NCBI GenBank assembly: GCA_947630735.1
Contig: CANRIR010000009.1
Coordinates: 543 to 64,542, forward strand
DNA length: 64,000 nucleotides
Source: an uncultured Marvinbryantia sp.
GTDB lineage: Bacteria; Bacillota; Clostridia; Lachnospirales; Lachnospiraceae
Direction: 5' to 3'
Under the pieces are notes generated by a model. It saw only the letters and a list, made by a program, of their open reading frames with translations. It had not been told where the DNA came from and did not search any database. Both the position numbers and the translations under genes were made by a program. Positions 49,485 through 59,367 of the stretch are shown one piece after another; position 1 is the stretch's first letter, and each line of letters opens with the position of its first letter.

Positions 49485-49632
49485 TTAACATTATAAATAC
49501 TTTTTTTCAGAAAATCAATCCCTTTTTTTGCTTATTTTATACCGTTTTTTGTCAATTTTAGGTATTGACACAAAATAAAGGGAAAAGCATTATGTAAACC
49601 ACAAGATGTTGTGCTTTGCAGATCCACAGGCG

Positions 49633-50226
49633 CTATGAGAAAAAGAAATACGTCACGGTCTTTTTTAAAACCCAGGGATTAGCACAGCTCTCCAGAAATG
49701 CCCCGGCCAGAAAAAGCGCGAGGCACAAAAAAGTCCGGCGGGCACCGTTATCCGGCCTGTACAGACTCTCCTGGTATCTTCCCTTTTGGAAGCGCCGGAT
49801 GCCGCGGTCGTATATGCTCCCGGCCGCGATCCAGATCATGGGCGCGTACAGGATCGCCTGCGGAAGAAGGGCCGCCAAAAAAAACAGCACGCCCGTCATG
49901 TGCAGATGGATCACGGCCAGACAGCCGAACACGCCGGCGGAAAATCCGAGGCACCCGAGGGCGAACAGCATGGCGGGGATCCCCGCAGCGGTATAGCCCA
50001 GCAGCCAGAACAGCAGGCAGCACTTGCCCCTGGCGCTCAGCACATAGAAAAACAGAGCGCGCGCATCCACCTCCGTCCGGCAGATCATCTGCAGGGAATC
50101 CATATTCAGGACATCGCAGTCCCTCAGATAGGTATCGCCCCAGAGAGTGACAAACAAGATCCCGCATAGGAATCCCGCAAAAAAGATCCCGCTGATCAGC
50201 AGGTCCCGGACACTGTGCTTTTTCAT
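49633..50226 (-). CDS. spoIIM: Stage II sporulation protein M
   Basis: Hydrophobic protein with LPQ..Y.P and LES..NP; upstream of xerD; sigmaE-like promoter. Confidence 0.82.
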   Translation of the reverse strand: MKKHSVRDLLISGIFFAGFLCGILFVTLWGDTYLRDCDVLNMDSLQMICRTEVDARALFFYVLSARGKCCLLFWLLGYTAAGIPAMLFALGCLGFSAGVFGCLAVIHLHMTGVLFFLAALLPQAILYAPMIWIAAGSIYDRGIRRFQKGRYQESLYRPDNGARRTFLCLALFLAGAFLESCANPWVLKKTVTYFFFS

Positions 50227-50253
50227 AAATAATCCCCTGCACGGCTTTTTTAC

Positions 50254-50280
50254 AAGCTATGCAGGGGACGTCCTCTTTAT
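50254..50280 (-). promoter_or_regulatory. sigmaE-like promoter of spoIIM
   Basis: ATA-N16-CATAGCTT; spoIIM is a known sigmaE target. Confidence 0.65.
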
Positions 50281-50432
50281 GCTTCCTCAAAATCGTCTTT
50301 TCCTACGCCGCACACGGGGCAGGCAAAGTCTTCCGGAAGGTCTTCCCACTTGGTGCCGGGTTCGATGCCCTCGTCCGGGCACCCTGCTTCCTCGTCATAC
50401 TCCCAGCCGCATACGCTGCACACATATTTCAT
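50277..50432 (-). CDS. Rubredoxin
   Basis: [13 protein letters not shown]...PGTKWEDLP...CPVCG. Confidence 0.95.
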   Translation of the reverse strand: MKYVCSVCGWEYDEEAGCPDEGIEPGTKWEDLPEDFACPVCGVGKDDFEEA

Positions 50433-50502
50433 GATCTTATCCTCCTGTTTTCTGTGATATTGTCCCGGCAAGACCCGCCGGGTTCAAGCGGCCGCGCCGG
50501 GA

Positions 50503-52587
50503 TCACTCCTCCGCGTCCCCGTTCGCGCGCGCTTCCACTTCTTTTTGCTGGATCTCGGACGGAGCCTGCTCATATCTTGCAAATTCATAGGCAAAGGTTC
50601 CGCTGCCGCCCGTCATGGAGCGAAGCTGTGTGGAGTAGCCGTACAGTTCCATCATGGGGATATCGGCCTCCACGATCTGGTTGCCCTTGTGGTCCGGGTT
50701 CATGCCCAGCACACGGCCGCGGCGCTTGTTCAGGTCGCCCATGACATCGCCCGTGTACTTATCCGGCACGGTAACCTTCAGGGATGCGATCGGCTCAAGA
50801 AGCACCGGGGACGCATCCATAAAGCCCTTCTTGAAGGCCTGGATAGCCGCCGTCTTGAACGCCATTTCCGAGGAGTCCACCGGATGGTAGGAGCCGTCGT
50901 ACAGAACGGCTTTCACGCCGACCACCGGGTAGCCGGCCAGAGGCCCGCGCTGCACGGATTCCTGGATGCCCTTTTCCACTGCCGGGAAGTAGTTCTTCGG
51001 AACGGCGCCGCCCACAACCTCCTGCTCGAAGACGTAGGGCGTCTCCATGTCGCCGGAGTTGGAGAAGCGCATCTTCACGTGGCCGTACTGCCCGTGTCCG
51101 CCGGACTGCTTCTTATATTTGGAATCCACATCGGAGCTCTTGCGCAGAGTCTCGCGGAACGCCACCTTGGGGCGGTCCAGGTCGATGTCGATCTTATATT
51201 TGCCCTGGAGCTTGCTGACGATGATGTCCAGATGCTGGTCGCCCATGCCGTAGAGCAGCGTCTGACGGTTCTCCGCGTCGTTCACGGTCTTCATGGTCAA
51301 GTCTTCCTGCATCATCTTGGCGAGGGCCTGCGAGATCTTGTCGTCGTCGCCCTTGTTCTTCGCCAGGTATCTCTTGTAGGTGTAGGGCACGGAGACGTCG
51401 ATGCCGGCGTAGCGGATGGGAGTGGCCTTCGTGGAGAGTGTCTCCCCCGTCTTCGTGACATTCAGCTTGCCGATGGCCCCGATGTCGCCCGCGTGGAGCT
51501 CCGGAACCTCGGAGGTCTTGCTCCCCTCCATCACATACAGCTTGCTCAGCTTCACTTCCGCGTCCTGATCCGCGTTGTAGAGCGTGTCGTCGTTCTTGAT
51601 GACGCCGGACGCCACCTTGATGAGGGAATATTTGCCGATGAACGGATCCACGATGGTCTTGAACACGAAGGCGGATTTCGCCTTTGAGAAGTCATAGTTC
51701 GCCTCGTAGATCTCGTTGGTCTTCATGTTGATGCCCGCGATCTTGCACTTGTCGGGGCTCGGGAAATACTGCACCATATCGTCCAGCAGGTTCGCGACGC
51801 CCTGCAGGTTTACCGGGGAACCCATGGCCACCGGCACGATGGAGCAGTCGGACACATTGGTGGTCAGAGCCGCCATGATCTCCTCCGGGGAGAACTCGTC
51901 CCCCGCAAAGTAGCGGTCCATGAACTCCTCGGAAGTCTCCGCCACCGCCTCCAGCAGATTTTCGCGGTACTTCTCCAGATATTCCATGGAGTAATCGGGG
52001 ATCTCGCACTCGGTCTTCTCGCCCTTTCCGGTCCAGCGCCTGCCGGCCTTCTTGACCACGTTCACATAGCCCACGAATTTCTCGTTCTCGCGGATGGGCA
52101 GATGGATGGGCGCGATCTTCTTGCCGTACAGCTCTGTGAGATCCTCCACCACCTGGCGGAAGCTGGCGTTGTCCACGTCCATGTTGGTGACGAAGAACAT
52201 CCTGGGCAGCTTGTGCTTCTCGCACAGCTCCCACGCCTTCTGAGTGCCCACTTCCACGCCGCTCTTCCCGGACACCACGATGATGGCGGCATCCGCGGCC
52301 GCGGCGGCCTCCTCCGCTTCGCCCACGAAGTCAAAATAGCCCGGTGCGTCCAGCACGTTCACCTTGATATCCCCCCAGATGACGGGCACCACGCTGGTGC
52401 TGATGGAGAATTTTCTCTTGATCTCCTCTTTGTCAAAATCGCTCACCGTGTTCCCGTCCGGCACGCTGCCCATGCGGCTGGTAGCGCCGGATAAGTAGGC
52501 CATCGCCTCTGTGAGGGTGGTCTTTCCCGAACCGCCGTGACCCAAGATCACCACGTTGCGGATCCTGTCTGTCGTATAAACCTTCAT
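50503..52587 (-). CDS. Elongation factor G paralogue (EF-G2-like)
   Basis: GHGGSGKT, DAPG, KKQSGGHGQYG, GSYHPVDSSEMAF, LRSMT; outside the rpsL-rpsG operon. Confidence 0.92.
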   Translation of the reverse strand: MKVYTTDRIRNVVILGHGGSGKTTLTEAMAYLSGATSRMGSVPDGNTVSDFDKEEIKRKFSISTSVVPVIWGDIKVNVLDAPGYFDFVGEAEEAAAAADAAIIVVSGKSGVEVGTQKAWELCEKHKLPRMFFVTNMDVDNASFRQVVEDLTELYGKKIAPIHLPIRENEKFVGYVNVVKKAGRRWTGKGEKTECEIPDYSMEYLEKYRENLLEAVAETSEEFMDRYFAGDEFSPEEIMAALTTNVSDCSIVPVAMGSPVNLQGVANLLDDMVQYFPSPDKCKIAGINMKTNEIYEANYDFSKAKSAFVFKTIVDPFIGKYSLIKVASGVIKNDDTLYNADQDAEVKLSKLYVMEGSKTSEVPELHAGDIGAIGKLNVTKTGETLSTKATPIRYAGIDVSVPYTYKRYLAKNKGDDDKISQALAKMMQEDLTMKTVNDAENRQTLLYGMGDQHLDIIVSKLQGKYKIDIDLDRPKVAFRETLRKSSDVDSKYKKQSGGHGQYGHVKMRFSNSGDMETPYVFEQEVVGGAVPKNYFPAVEKGIQESVQRGPLAGYPVVGVKAVLYDGSYHPVDSSEMAFKTAAIQAFKKGFMDASPVLLEPIASLKVTVPDKYTGDVMGDLNKRRGRVLGMNPDHKGNQIVEADIPMMELYGYSTQLRSMTGGSGTFAYEFARYEQAPSEIQQKEVEARANGDAEE

Positions 52588-52748
52588 ACACTTTCCTCCA
52601 ATTCTCGTTATTTCAGACGCTTTTGGCGTCCTGCTCGAAGCCCTATGGATATATTCTACTAAAATTGTCTATAAATAGCAAGCAAATTATTCATATCCAC
52701 CAAGTTTTTTACAATTTTTCCGGAAAATACCCCGTGCGCACGAACCGG

Positions 52749-52778
52749 TTGACATTTGCACGCCCTTGATAGTACAAT
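52749..52778 (+). promoter_or_regulatory. sigmaA promoter of tyrA-aroA
   Basis: TTGACA-N18-TACAAT. Confidence 0.65.
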
Positions 52779-52822
52779 ATTTCCTGTGCGGGCGCGCAGT
52801 GCGCCCGAAGAAAGGAAACCCT

Positions 52823-53923
52823 ATGGAAGATCAACTGACTGCGGGCTTCATCGCCCTGGGACTGATGGGCGGTTCCATCGCGAAAGCCCTGAAACATACT
52901 TATCCGGACGCCCGGATCATGGCCTGCACCCGCAGGCGCGAGACGGCAGAGTACGCCCTGCGCGAGCACATCATCGACGAGGCCTACGACGAGGTGTGCG
53001 CGGAATTTTCCCGCTGCGACATCATTTTCCTGTGCGCCCCCGTGGAGGTAAACATCGCGTACCTCGCGAAGCTGAAGCCCTTCCTGAAAGAAAGCTGCAT
53101 CCTCACGGACGTGGGAAGCACCAAGACGGACATTCACAAAGAGGCAGAGCGGCTCGGCCTGGACCCCTGGTTCATCGGCGGGCACCCCATGGCGGGCTCG
53201 GAGAAGACCGGCATCGAAAACTCGCAGTGGTACCTCATCGAGAACGCCTACTACATCCTCACTCCGTCCGAACACACGCCGCCGGAAAAGACGGCGCGCT
53301 ACCGCGAGCTTGCGGCCGCGCTGAAGGCCATCCCCCTGATCCTGGATTACCGGGAGCACGACTATGTGACGGCGGCCATCAGCCATCTGCCGCACATCAT
53401 CGCGTCCACCCTGGTCAACCTGGTGCACGATTCGGACACGCCCGGCGAGACCATGCGCACCATCGCCGCGGGAGGCTTTAAGGATATCACGCGCATCGCG
53501 TCCTCCTCCCCGGACATGTGGGAGCAGATCTGCACCACCAACGCGGAGAACATCATCTCCGTGCTGGACGCCTACGCCGAGAGCCTGCAGCGCGTGCGCG
53601 GCCAGCTGCTTGCGCGGGACGGCGGAGCCATCCACAGGCTCTTTGAGGATTCCCGCAGCTACCGCAGCACGTTCGCGGATCACTCCGCGGGCCCGTTAAA
53701 GAAGGCCTACATGCTCTACTGCGACATGGTGGACGAGGCGGGCGGCATCGCCGCGCTCGCCACCATCCTGGCCAGCAGCGGCATCAGCCTGCGCAACATC
53801 GGCATCGTGCACAACCGCGAGTTTGAGGAGGCCGTGCTGCGCGTGGAGTTCTACGACGAGGACTCCCTGAAAAAATCCGTGGAGCTGCTGCGCAAGTACC
53901 GCTACACGGTCTATGAACGATAA
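52823..53923 (+). CDS. tyrA: Prephenate dehydrogenase with C-terminal ACT domain
   Basis: LGLMGGS, DVGSTK, GGHPMAGSE, SHLPH, GFKDITRIA; start MEDQ after AAAGGA. Confidence 0.93.
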   Translation: MEDQLTAGFIALGLMGGSIAKALKHTYPDARIMACTRRRETAEYALREHIIDEAYDEVCAEFSRCDIIFLCAPVEVNIAYLAKLKPFLKESCILTDVGSTKTDIHKEAERLGLDPWFIGGHPMAGSEKTGIENSQWYLIENAYYILTPSEHTPPEKTARYRELAAALKAIPLILDYREHDYVTAAISHLPHIIASTLVNLVHDSDTPGETMRTIAAGGFKDITRIASSSPDMWEQICTTNAENIISVLDAYAESLQRVRGQLLARDGGAIHRLFEDSRSYRSTFADHSAGPLKKAYMLYCDMVDEAGGIAALATILASSGISLRNIGIVHNREFEEAVLRVEFYDEDSLKKSVELLRKYRYTVYER

Positions 53924-53942
53924 GAGAAAGGCGGGGACCACT

Positions 53943-55292
53943 ATGGAAATCAGAAAGCCATCCCCCTTAAAGGGCGAGATCACCGTGCCGGGGGATAAAT
54001 CCATCTCCCACCGCGCCGTCATGTTCGGCGCGCTGGCGAAGGGAACCACGGAAATTACCAATTTTTTGCAGGGAGCGGACTGCCTCTCCACCATCGCCTG
54101 TTTTCAGAAGCTCGGCATCGGGATCGAGAACACCCCGGAGCGCATCCTGGTGCACGGCAGAGGGCTCCACGGCCTGACGGCCCCCTGCGACATCCTGGAT
54201 ACCGGCAACAGCGGCACCACCACGAGGCTTCTGGCCGGCATCCTCTGCGGGCAGAAATTTGAGTCCGTCCTGAACGGCGACGCCTCCATCCAGAGCCGCC
54301 CCATGAAGCGCATCCTGGATCCCCTGGAACAGATGGGCGCGGACATTGTCAGTCTGAAGGGAAACGGCTGCGCGCCCCTTCGCATCAACGGGAACCGCTT
54401 CTGCCAGTCCTGCACGCCGTACAGCATGCAGGAGCTCTCCGAGCTGCCGGGTGCGGTGCTCTCGGGCATTCACTACAACAGCCCGGTGGCCTCCGCGCAG
54501 GTGAAATCCTGCGTCCTGCTGGCCGGAATGTACGCGGATTCGCCCACCAGCGTGACGGAGCCCCAGCTCTCCCGCAACCACACAGAATTGATGCTGTCCG
54601 GCTTCGGCGCGGACATCCGCACCGAGGGCCTCACGGCCACCATCCTGCCGGACCCGGACCTGCACGGCATGCAGATCGAGGTGCCGGGGGACATCTCCTC
54701 CGCCGCCTACTTTATCGCGGCGGCCCTGATGGTGCCGGGCTCCGAAATCCTGATCAAAAATGTGGGCGTCAACCCCACCCGCGACGGCATCCTGCGCGTG
54801 GTGCGGGATATGGGCGGCGAGGTTGCGCTGCTCGATCAAAAAACCAGCGGCGGGGAACCCACTGCTGATCTTCTGGTCACTTATCGGGAGCTTCACGGCA
54901 CCGAGATCGGCGGTGACATCATCCCCACCCTGATCGACGAGCTTCCCGTGCTCGCGGTCCTGGCCTGCACGGCCAAAGGAACCACCGTCATACGGGACGC
55001 CCAGGAGCTGAAGGTAAAAGAGTCTGACCGCATCGCCGTGATGGCGCAGAACCTGGCCGCCATGGGGGCCCGCGTGACCGCCACGGACGACGGCATGATC
55101 ATTGAGGGCGGACATCCCCTGAACGGGGCCGTCATCGACAGCCACAAGGACCACCGCGTCGCCATGAGCTTCGCCATCGCCGCACTGGCGGCGCAGGGCG
55201 ATACCCGGATCCTGGACGCGGACTGCGTAAACATCAGTTACCCGGATTTCTATGAGACGCTTCGCCGGCTCTGCGCCGGCGCGATCGAGTAG
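53943..55292 (+). CDS. aroA: 3-phosphoshikimate 1-carboxyvinyltransferase
   Basis: PGDKSISHR, GNSGTTTRL, SAQVKS, KESDR, DHRVAM. Confidence 0.96.
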   Translation: MEIRKPSPLKGEITVPGDKSISHRAVMFGALAKGTTEITNFLQGADCLSTIACFQKLGIGIENTPERILVHGRGLHGLTAPCDILDTGNSGTTTRLLAGILCGQKFESVLNGDASIQSRPMKRILDPLEQMGADIVSLKGNGCAPLRINGNRFCQSCTPYSMQELSELPGAVLSGIHYNSPVASAQVKSCVLLAGMYADSPTSVTEPQLSRNHTELMLSGFGADIRTEGLTATILPDPDLHGMQIEVPGDISSAAYFIAAALMVPGSEILIKNVGVNPTRDGILRVVRDMGGEVALLDQKTSGGEPTADLLVTYRELHGTEIGGDIIPTLIDELPVLAVLACTAKGTTVIRDAQELKVKESDRIAVMAQNLAAMGARVTATDDGMIIEGGHPLNGAVIDSHKDHRVAMSFAIAALAAQGDTRILDADCVNISYPDFYETLRRLCAGAIE

Positions 55293-55346
55293 GTGGTTTT
55301 TCCTCCTGCCCGCTGCATGGCCCGGGCCTGCGCATGAAAACGGCGG

Positions 55347-56804
55347 CTAAGCCGCCGTTTTTTCGTCTGTGATCAGGCCGTCCGCCGCCGCAAAATAAGC
55401 GCTGTCGAGCAGTTTGTTTTCCCGCAGGTCGTACACCAGGATGTACAGGCCCTCGCCGGAAGCCGCATAGTCGGTGCGGTTCAGATTGACGCTAATCCCC
55501 CCGTCCTGCACTGCGGAGACGGTCAGCACGCTGCTCTCGTCGGTCTGCCGGTGCCAGGTGAACGCCACGCTGTCGTCCGCCTGGAACAGCCTCTCCCCGT
55601 TTTCCGCCACGCACACGCCGGTTCCGGCCGTCTCGTCCACAGAAAATCCGCAGGCTTTCAGCTCTTCGCTCACTTCCCCGAAATTTGCCGTTTCCCTGCT
55701 TCCGCCCGTGATGCGGTACACCGCCAGGTAGTCTCCCTCCTGCAGTTTTTCCAGATATCCGTCCAGATCCTTCTCCTGCTGCAGTTCATAGTTTGCTATC
55801 CTGTGGGCGCAGTTTTCGGCCATGGCGTCGTAGGATGCGTAGGAACTGTCCCCGCGCCTGTCCGGGATGTCATAGTGCTCCTTCAGATACTTTCCCAGAT
55901 AACCGGTATATTTTTTCGTGCCGATCTGGTTCAGGTGGATGCTGTCCGCAAAATCCGTCTGAAAATCCAGTCCCAGCTCGTCGTACATCGGATAGGAGTT
56001 GAAATTGAGAAACACCGCGCCGTCGTATTCCTGTGTGATCCGGGCCGCCGCATTGTAATAGCCCTGCTCCCGCAGGAGCAGATTGTAGGGGGCGCTTATC
56101 AGCAAAAGCGGGATGCCCCGCTCATCCGCAAGCTCCAGGATGGCGCGCAGGTATTTTTCCGTCTTTTCCGTCAGCTCCACCTCTCTGTCTGTGTTGATGG
56201 CCTCCCTGGGTTTCTCCATGGGGTACACGCCCGTCAGCAGCTCAAACCCTTTCCAGTCGTTATAGTACTCCCCCACCAGCGCGGACGGGTCAAAATCCGA
56301 ACGCCCCAGCTCTGTGTACCGGCTGTGATAGGTGGGATATTCCAGCAGATAGTCCGGCCAGGAGCTCTTGGGAGCGCTCGCCATCACATTCTCCACCTTG
56401 TCCCACGACGGCCTTAGGCCGTAGGTGTTCTGGATGATGCGGCTGTGCTCCAGGTAATCCACATATTTGGTGATCCCGTGCACATCCACCACCAGCACCT
56501 TCGGCGTCTGGGTCTTTAAAGCCTCTTTCACATAATAATACGTGTTCCAGATGGGCTGGGAGGCGCCGCAGAGCTCGTAGCACGCGATGCCGTAATCCTC
56601 CCACAGCACCGCCGTGCTGATATTTGCAAAGGCGTGGCTGCTGCCGAAGCACATCACGTCCACGCTGTTTTTGGGTTCCCGGTAGAACGCCGTGACCAGG
56701 TAGTTCCCGCTCGTGTTCTTGAACTGAAATACCCGGTGGAAACAGCCCAAGGAAAGGGCCAGTACCAGAAAGAATCCGATGATCTTCGCCGTTTTTCTGC
56801 GCAT
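55347..56804 (-). CDS. SGNH-like extracytoplasmic protein (AlgJ/PatB/DltD-like MBOAT partner)
   Basis: N-terminal anchor; FGSSH block I and DSIH (DxxH) motif; directly downstream of MBOAT gene. Confidence 0.7.
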   Translation of the reverse strand: MRRKTAKIIGFFLVLALSLGCFHRVFQFKNTSGNYLVTAFYREPKNSVDVMCFGSSHAFANISTAVLWEDYGIACYELCGASQPIWNTYYYVKEALKTQTPKVLVVDVHGITKYVDYLEHSRIIQNTYGLRPSWDKVENVMASAPKSSWPDYLLEYPTYHSRYTELGRSDFDPSALVGEYYNDWKGFELLTGVYPMEKPREAINTDREVELTEKTEKYLRAILELADERGIPLLLISAPYNLLLREQGYYNAAARITQEYDGAVFLNFNSYPMYDELGLDFQTDFADSIHLNQIGTKKYTGYLGKYLKEHYDIPDRRGDSSYASYDAMAENCAHRIANYELQQEKDLDGYLEKLQEGDYLAVYRITGGSRETANFGEVSEELKACGFSVDETAGTGVCVAENGERLFQADDSVAFTWHRQTDESSVLTVSAVQDGGISVNLNRTDYAASGEGLYILVYDLRENKLLDSAYFAAADGLITDEKTAA

Positions 56805-56816
56805 GATGCCGCCCTC

Positions 56817-58301
56817 CTAAAACTGAAAATAGATGAACTGTTTCGCCTCGAACGCCGGGCCGTATATCCCGAAGATCAGGATAAAGTAAAACAGCAGGAA
56901 GATGCACGCCCAGCGGAACCACAGGCACTCACCCTCCAGAAAGACGTCCAGGGTGATCCCCTTTTTGCAGCGCACCAGATCCGCAAGGAACAACAGGAGC
57001 AGCGCCGCGAGCAGGATATGCACCTCTGTCTGGTCCAGGCCCAGCATGTAGAGAGACTGGTCAAACAGCACCCATGGGTCCCAGGACGTGAAGATGCGCC
57101 GTACCACGCCGAGCGCGCCTCTTATGGTATCTGCCCGGAAAAAGATCCAGGCGAAGTTCACCAGGGCAAAGGTGACGATCCGCTGCCCCAGCCGGTAGCT
57201 GAATGTGCCTGTCCGCACGGCAAAGCGCCGGTTGAACTTTTCCTTTGCCGGCCCGAGGATCTTCCCCGCGATCTGGTACAGGCCGTGGAGGGCGCCCCAC
57301 ACGATGAACGTCCAGTTTGCCCCGTGCCACAGGCCGCTCACCAGGAACGTGACCATGATATTCCGGTAGTTTTTCCACCTGGAGCATCGGTTCCCGCCCA
57401 GGGGGATGTACAGGTAATCCTTAAGCCAGCTGCTCAGGGAAATGTGCCAGCGCGCCCAGAATTCCCGGATGGAGCGGGCCGCATAGGGCACGTTGAAGTT
57501 CTCCATCAGATCAAACCCCATGACCCTTGCCGCGCCGATGGCGATCAGGGAGTAGCTCCCGAAATCGCAGTAGATCTGAGCGGAAAAACAGACCGTGGCC
57601 AGCAGAAGCTCTATGCTGCCGTACATCCAGTAAGAGTTGTACACCTGATCCACCACGGCCGAAATGCGGTCCGCGATGACCATTTTCTGGAACAGGCCGA
57701 ACAGCATCAGCACGGCTCCCCGGGTGATCCGCTCATAATCCCACAGCTGGAACTCCTCCACGCGGTCCACCTGGGAAAGCAGATTCTTGGAACGCTCGAT
57801 GGGCCCCGCCACCAGCTGCGGGAAAAAGGACACAAACAGGGCGTAGCGGAAAAAATTCTTTTCCGGCTGGATATCGCCCCGGTACACATCCACGGTATAG
57901 CTTAAAGCCTGAAAGGTATAAAAAGAGATACCCACCGGAAGGATGATGTCAAACGGCTTTTGGATCGCCGAGATGCCGACGGACGTAAGGAGCAGGTTCA
58001 GATTTGACAGCAGGAAGTCAAAATATTTGAAAAACGCCAGGATGCCCAGATTGGTCAGAAAACTGCCGGCCACCACCAGCTTTTTGGCGGCTGTGCCGCG
58101 CGCGCGGGGAAGAAGAAGCCCGCTCAAAAACGTGATGACCGTGGAGAGCGCGATCAGAACAGCGTACCTGGGGTTCCAGCTCATATAAAAATAGTAGCTC
58201 GCCACAAGCAGCCACAGATAGCGCAGTTTCCGCGGTATCACAAAATAGACGGCTATCACGATCGGAAAAAAGATCAGAAAATGGTACGAATTAAAAACCA
58301 T
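56817..58301 (-). CDS. MBOAT family O-acyltransferase (AlgI/PatA-like)
   Basis: LPVGISFYTFQ, FFPQLVAGPIER, FWARWHISLS, SGLWHGA, FIYFQF. Confidence 0.94.
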   Translation of the reverse strand: MVFNSYHFLIFFPIVIAVYFVIPRKLRYLWLLVASYYFYMSWNPRYAVLIALSTVITFLSGLLLPRARGTAAKKLVVAGSFLTNLGILAFFKYFDFLLSNLNLLLTSVGISAIQKPFDIILPVGISFYTFQALSYTVDVYRGDIQPEKNFFRYALFVSFFPQLVAGPIERSKNLLSQVDRVEEFQLWDYERITRGAVLMLFGLFQKMVIADRISAVVDQVYNSYWMYGSIELLLATVCFSAQIYCDFGSYSLIAIGAARVMGFDLMENFNVPYAARSIREFWARWHISLSSWLKDYLYIPLGGNRCSRWKNYRNIMVTFLVSGLWHGANWTFIVWGALHGLYQIAGKILGPAKEKFNRRFAVRTGTFSYRLGQRIVTFALVNFAWIFFRADTIRGALGVVRRIFTSWDPWVLFDQSLYMLGLDQTEVHILLAALLLLFLADLVRCKKGITLDVFLEGECLWFRWACIFLLFYFILIFGIYGPAFEAKQFIYFQF

Positions 58302-58335
58302 GGGCTCCTCCTGTTCCACGCACGGTTCGCAGTTT

Positions 58336-59367
58336 TTAAGAGAAGCGTATCAGCATAGCATCGCCAAAGCTGAAAAAGCGGTACCGCTCCTGCACGGCCT
58401 GCGCATACGCCTTCTCTATATGTTCCTTTCCGGCCAGAGCAGATACCAGCATAAGAAGCGTAGACTCCGGCAAATGGAAATTGGTGATGAGCTCATCCAG
58501 CACCTTGAAGCGGTACCCCGGATAAATGAAAATATCGGTCCAGCCGCTGCCCGCGCGCACAAAGCCGTTCTCATCCGCGGCCGATTCGACGGTGCGGCAG
58601 CTCGTGGTCCCCACACAGACCACCTTTTTTCCTTCCCGCTTTGTCCGGTTGATAAGCTCCGCCTGTTCTCCCTCTACCATATAAAATTCGGAATGCATGT
58701 GATGTTCCGCCACATCCTCCACCTTGACCGGGCGGAAGGTGCCAAGCCCCACGTGCAGCGTCACATGCGCGATCCGGACCCCTTTCTTCTGAATGTCCGA
58801 GAGGAGCTCCGGCGTGAAATGAAGGCCTGCCGTGGGGGCCGCCGCAGAGCCGTCGTGCTTCGCGTAGACCGTCTGGTAGCGGTTCTTGTCCTGAAGCGGG
58901 TGCGTGATGTACGGGGGCAGGGGCATCTGCCCCAGCCGGTCCAGGATCTCCTCGAAGATTCCCTGGTAGGCAAAGCGGATCCTGCGGTTCCCGTCCTCCT
59001 CCACCGACAGCACCTCGCCGGTGAGAAGCCCGTCCCCGAAGGAGATCTTCGTGCCTGGCCTCGCCCTTTTCCCGGGCTTTACCAGGGTCTCCCACACATC
59101 GCCCTCCAGGCGTTTGAGCAGCAGGATCTCGATCTTTGCGTCCGTCCCCACCCGGCTGCCGTACAGCCTGGCCGGGATGACTTTTGTGTCGTTGATCACC
59201 AGGCAGTCCCCCGGATCCAGATAGTGGACGATATCCTTAAAAATACGATGTTCGATCTGCCCGGTCGTCCCGTCCAGCACCAAAAGCCGCGAGGCCGACC
59301 GGTCCTCGAGCGGATCCTGCGCGATCAGTTCCTTCGGCAGGTCAAAATAAAAATCGGATGTCTTCAT
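58336..59367 (-). CDS. queA: S-adenosylmethionine:tRNA ribosyltransferase-isomerase
   Basis: [42 protein letters not shown]; start MKTS. Confidence 0.97.
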   Translation of the reverse strand: MKTSDFYFDLPKELIAQDPLEDRSASRLLVLDGTTGQIEHRIFKDIVHYLDPGDCLVINDTKVIPARLYGSRVGTDAKIEILLLKRLEGDVWETLVKPGKRARPGTKISFGDGLLTGEVLSVEEDGNRRIRFAYQGIFEEILDRLGQMPLPPYITHPLQDKNRYQTVYAKHDGSAAAPTAGLHFTPELLSDIQKKGVRIAHVTLHVGLGTFRPVKVEDVAEHHMHSEFYMVEGEQAELINRTKREGKKVVCVGTTSCRTVESAADENGFVRAGSGWTDIFIYPGYRFKVLDELITNFHLPESTLLMLVSALAGKEHIEKAYAQAVQERYRFFSFGDAMLIRFS

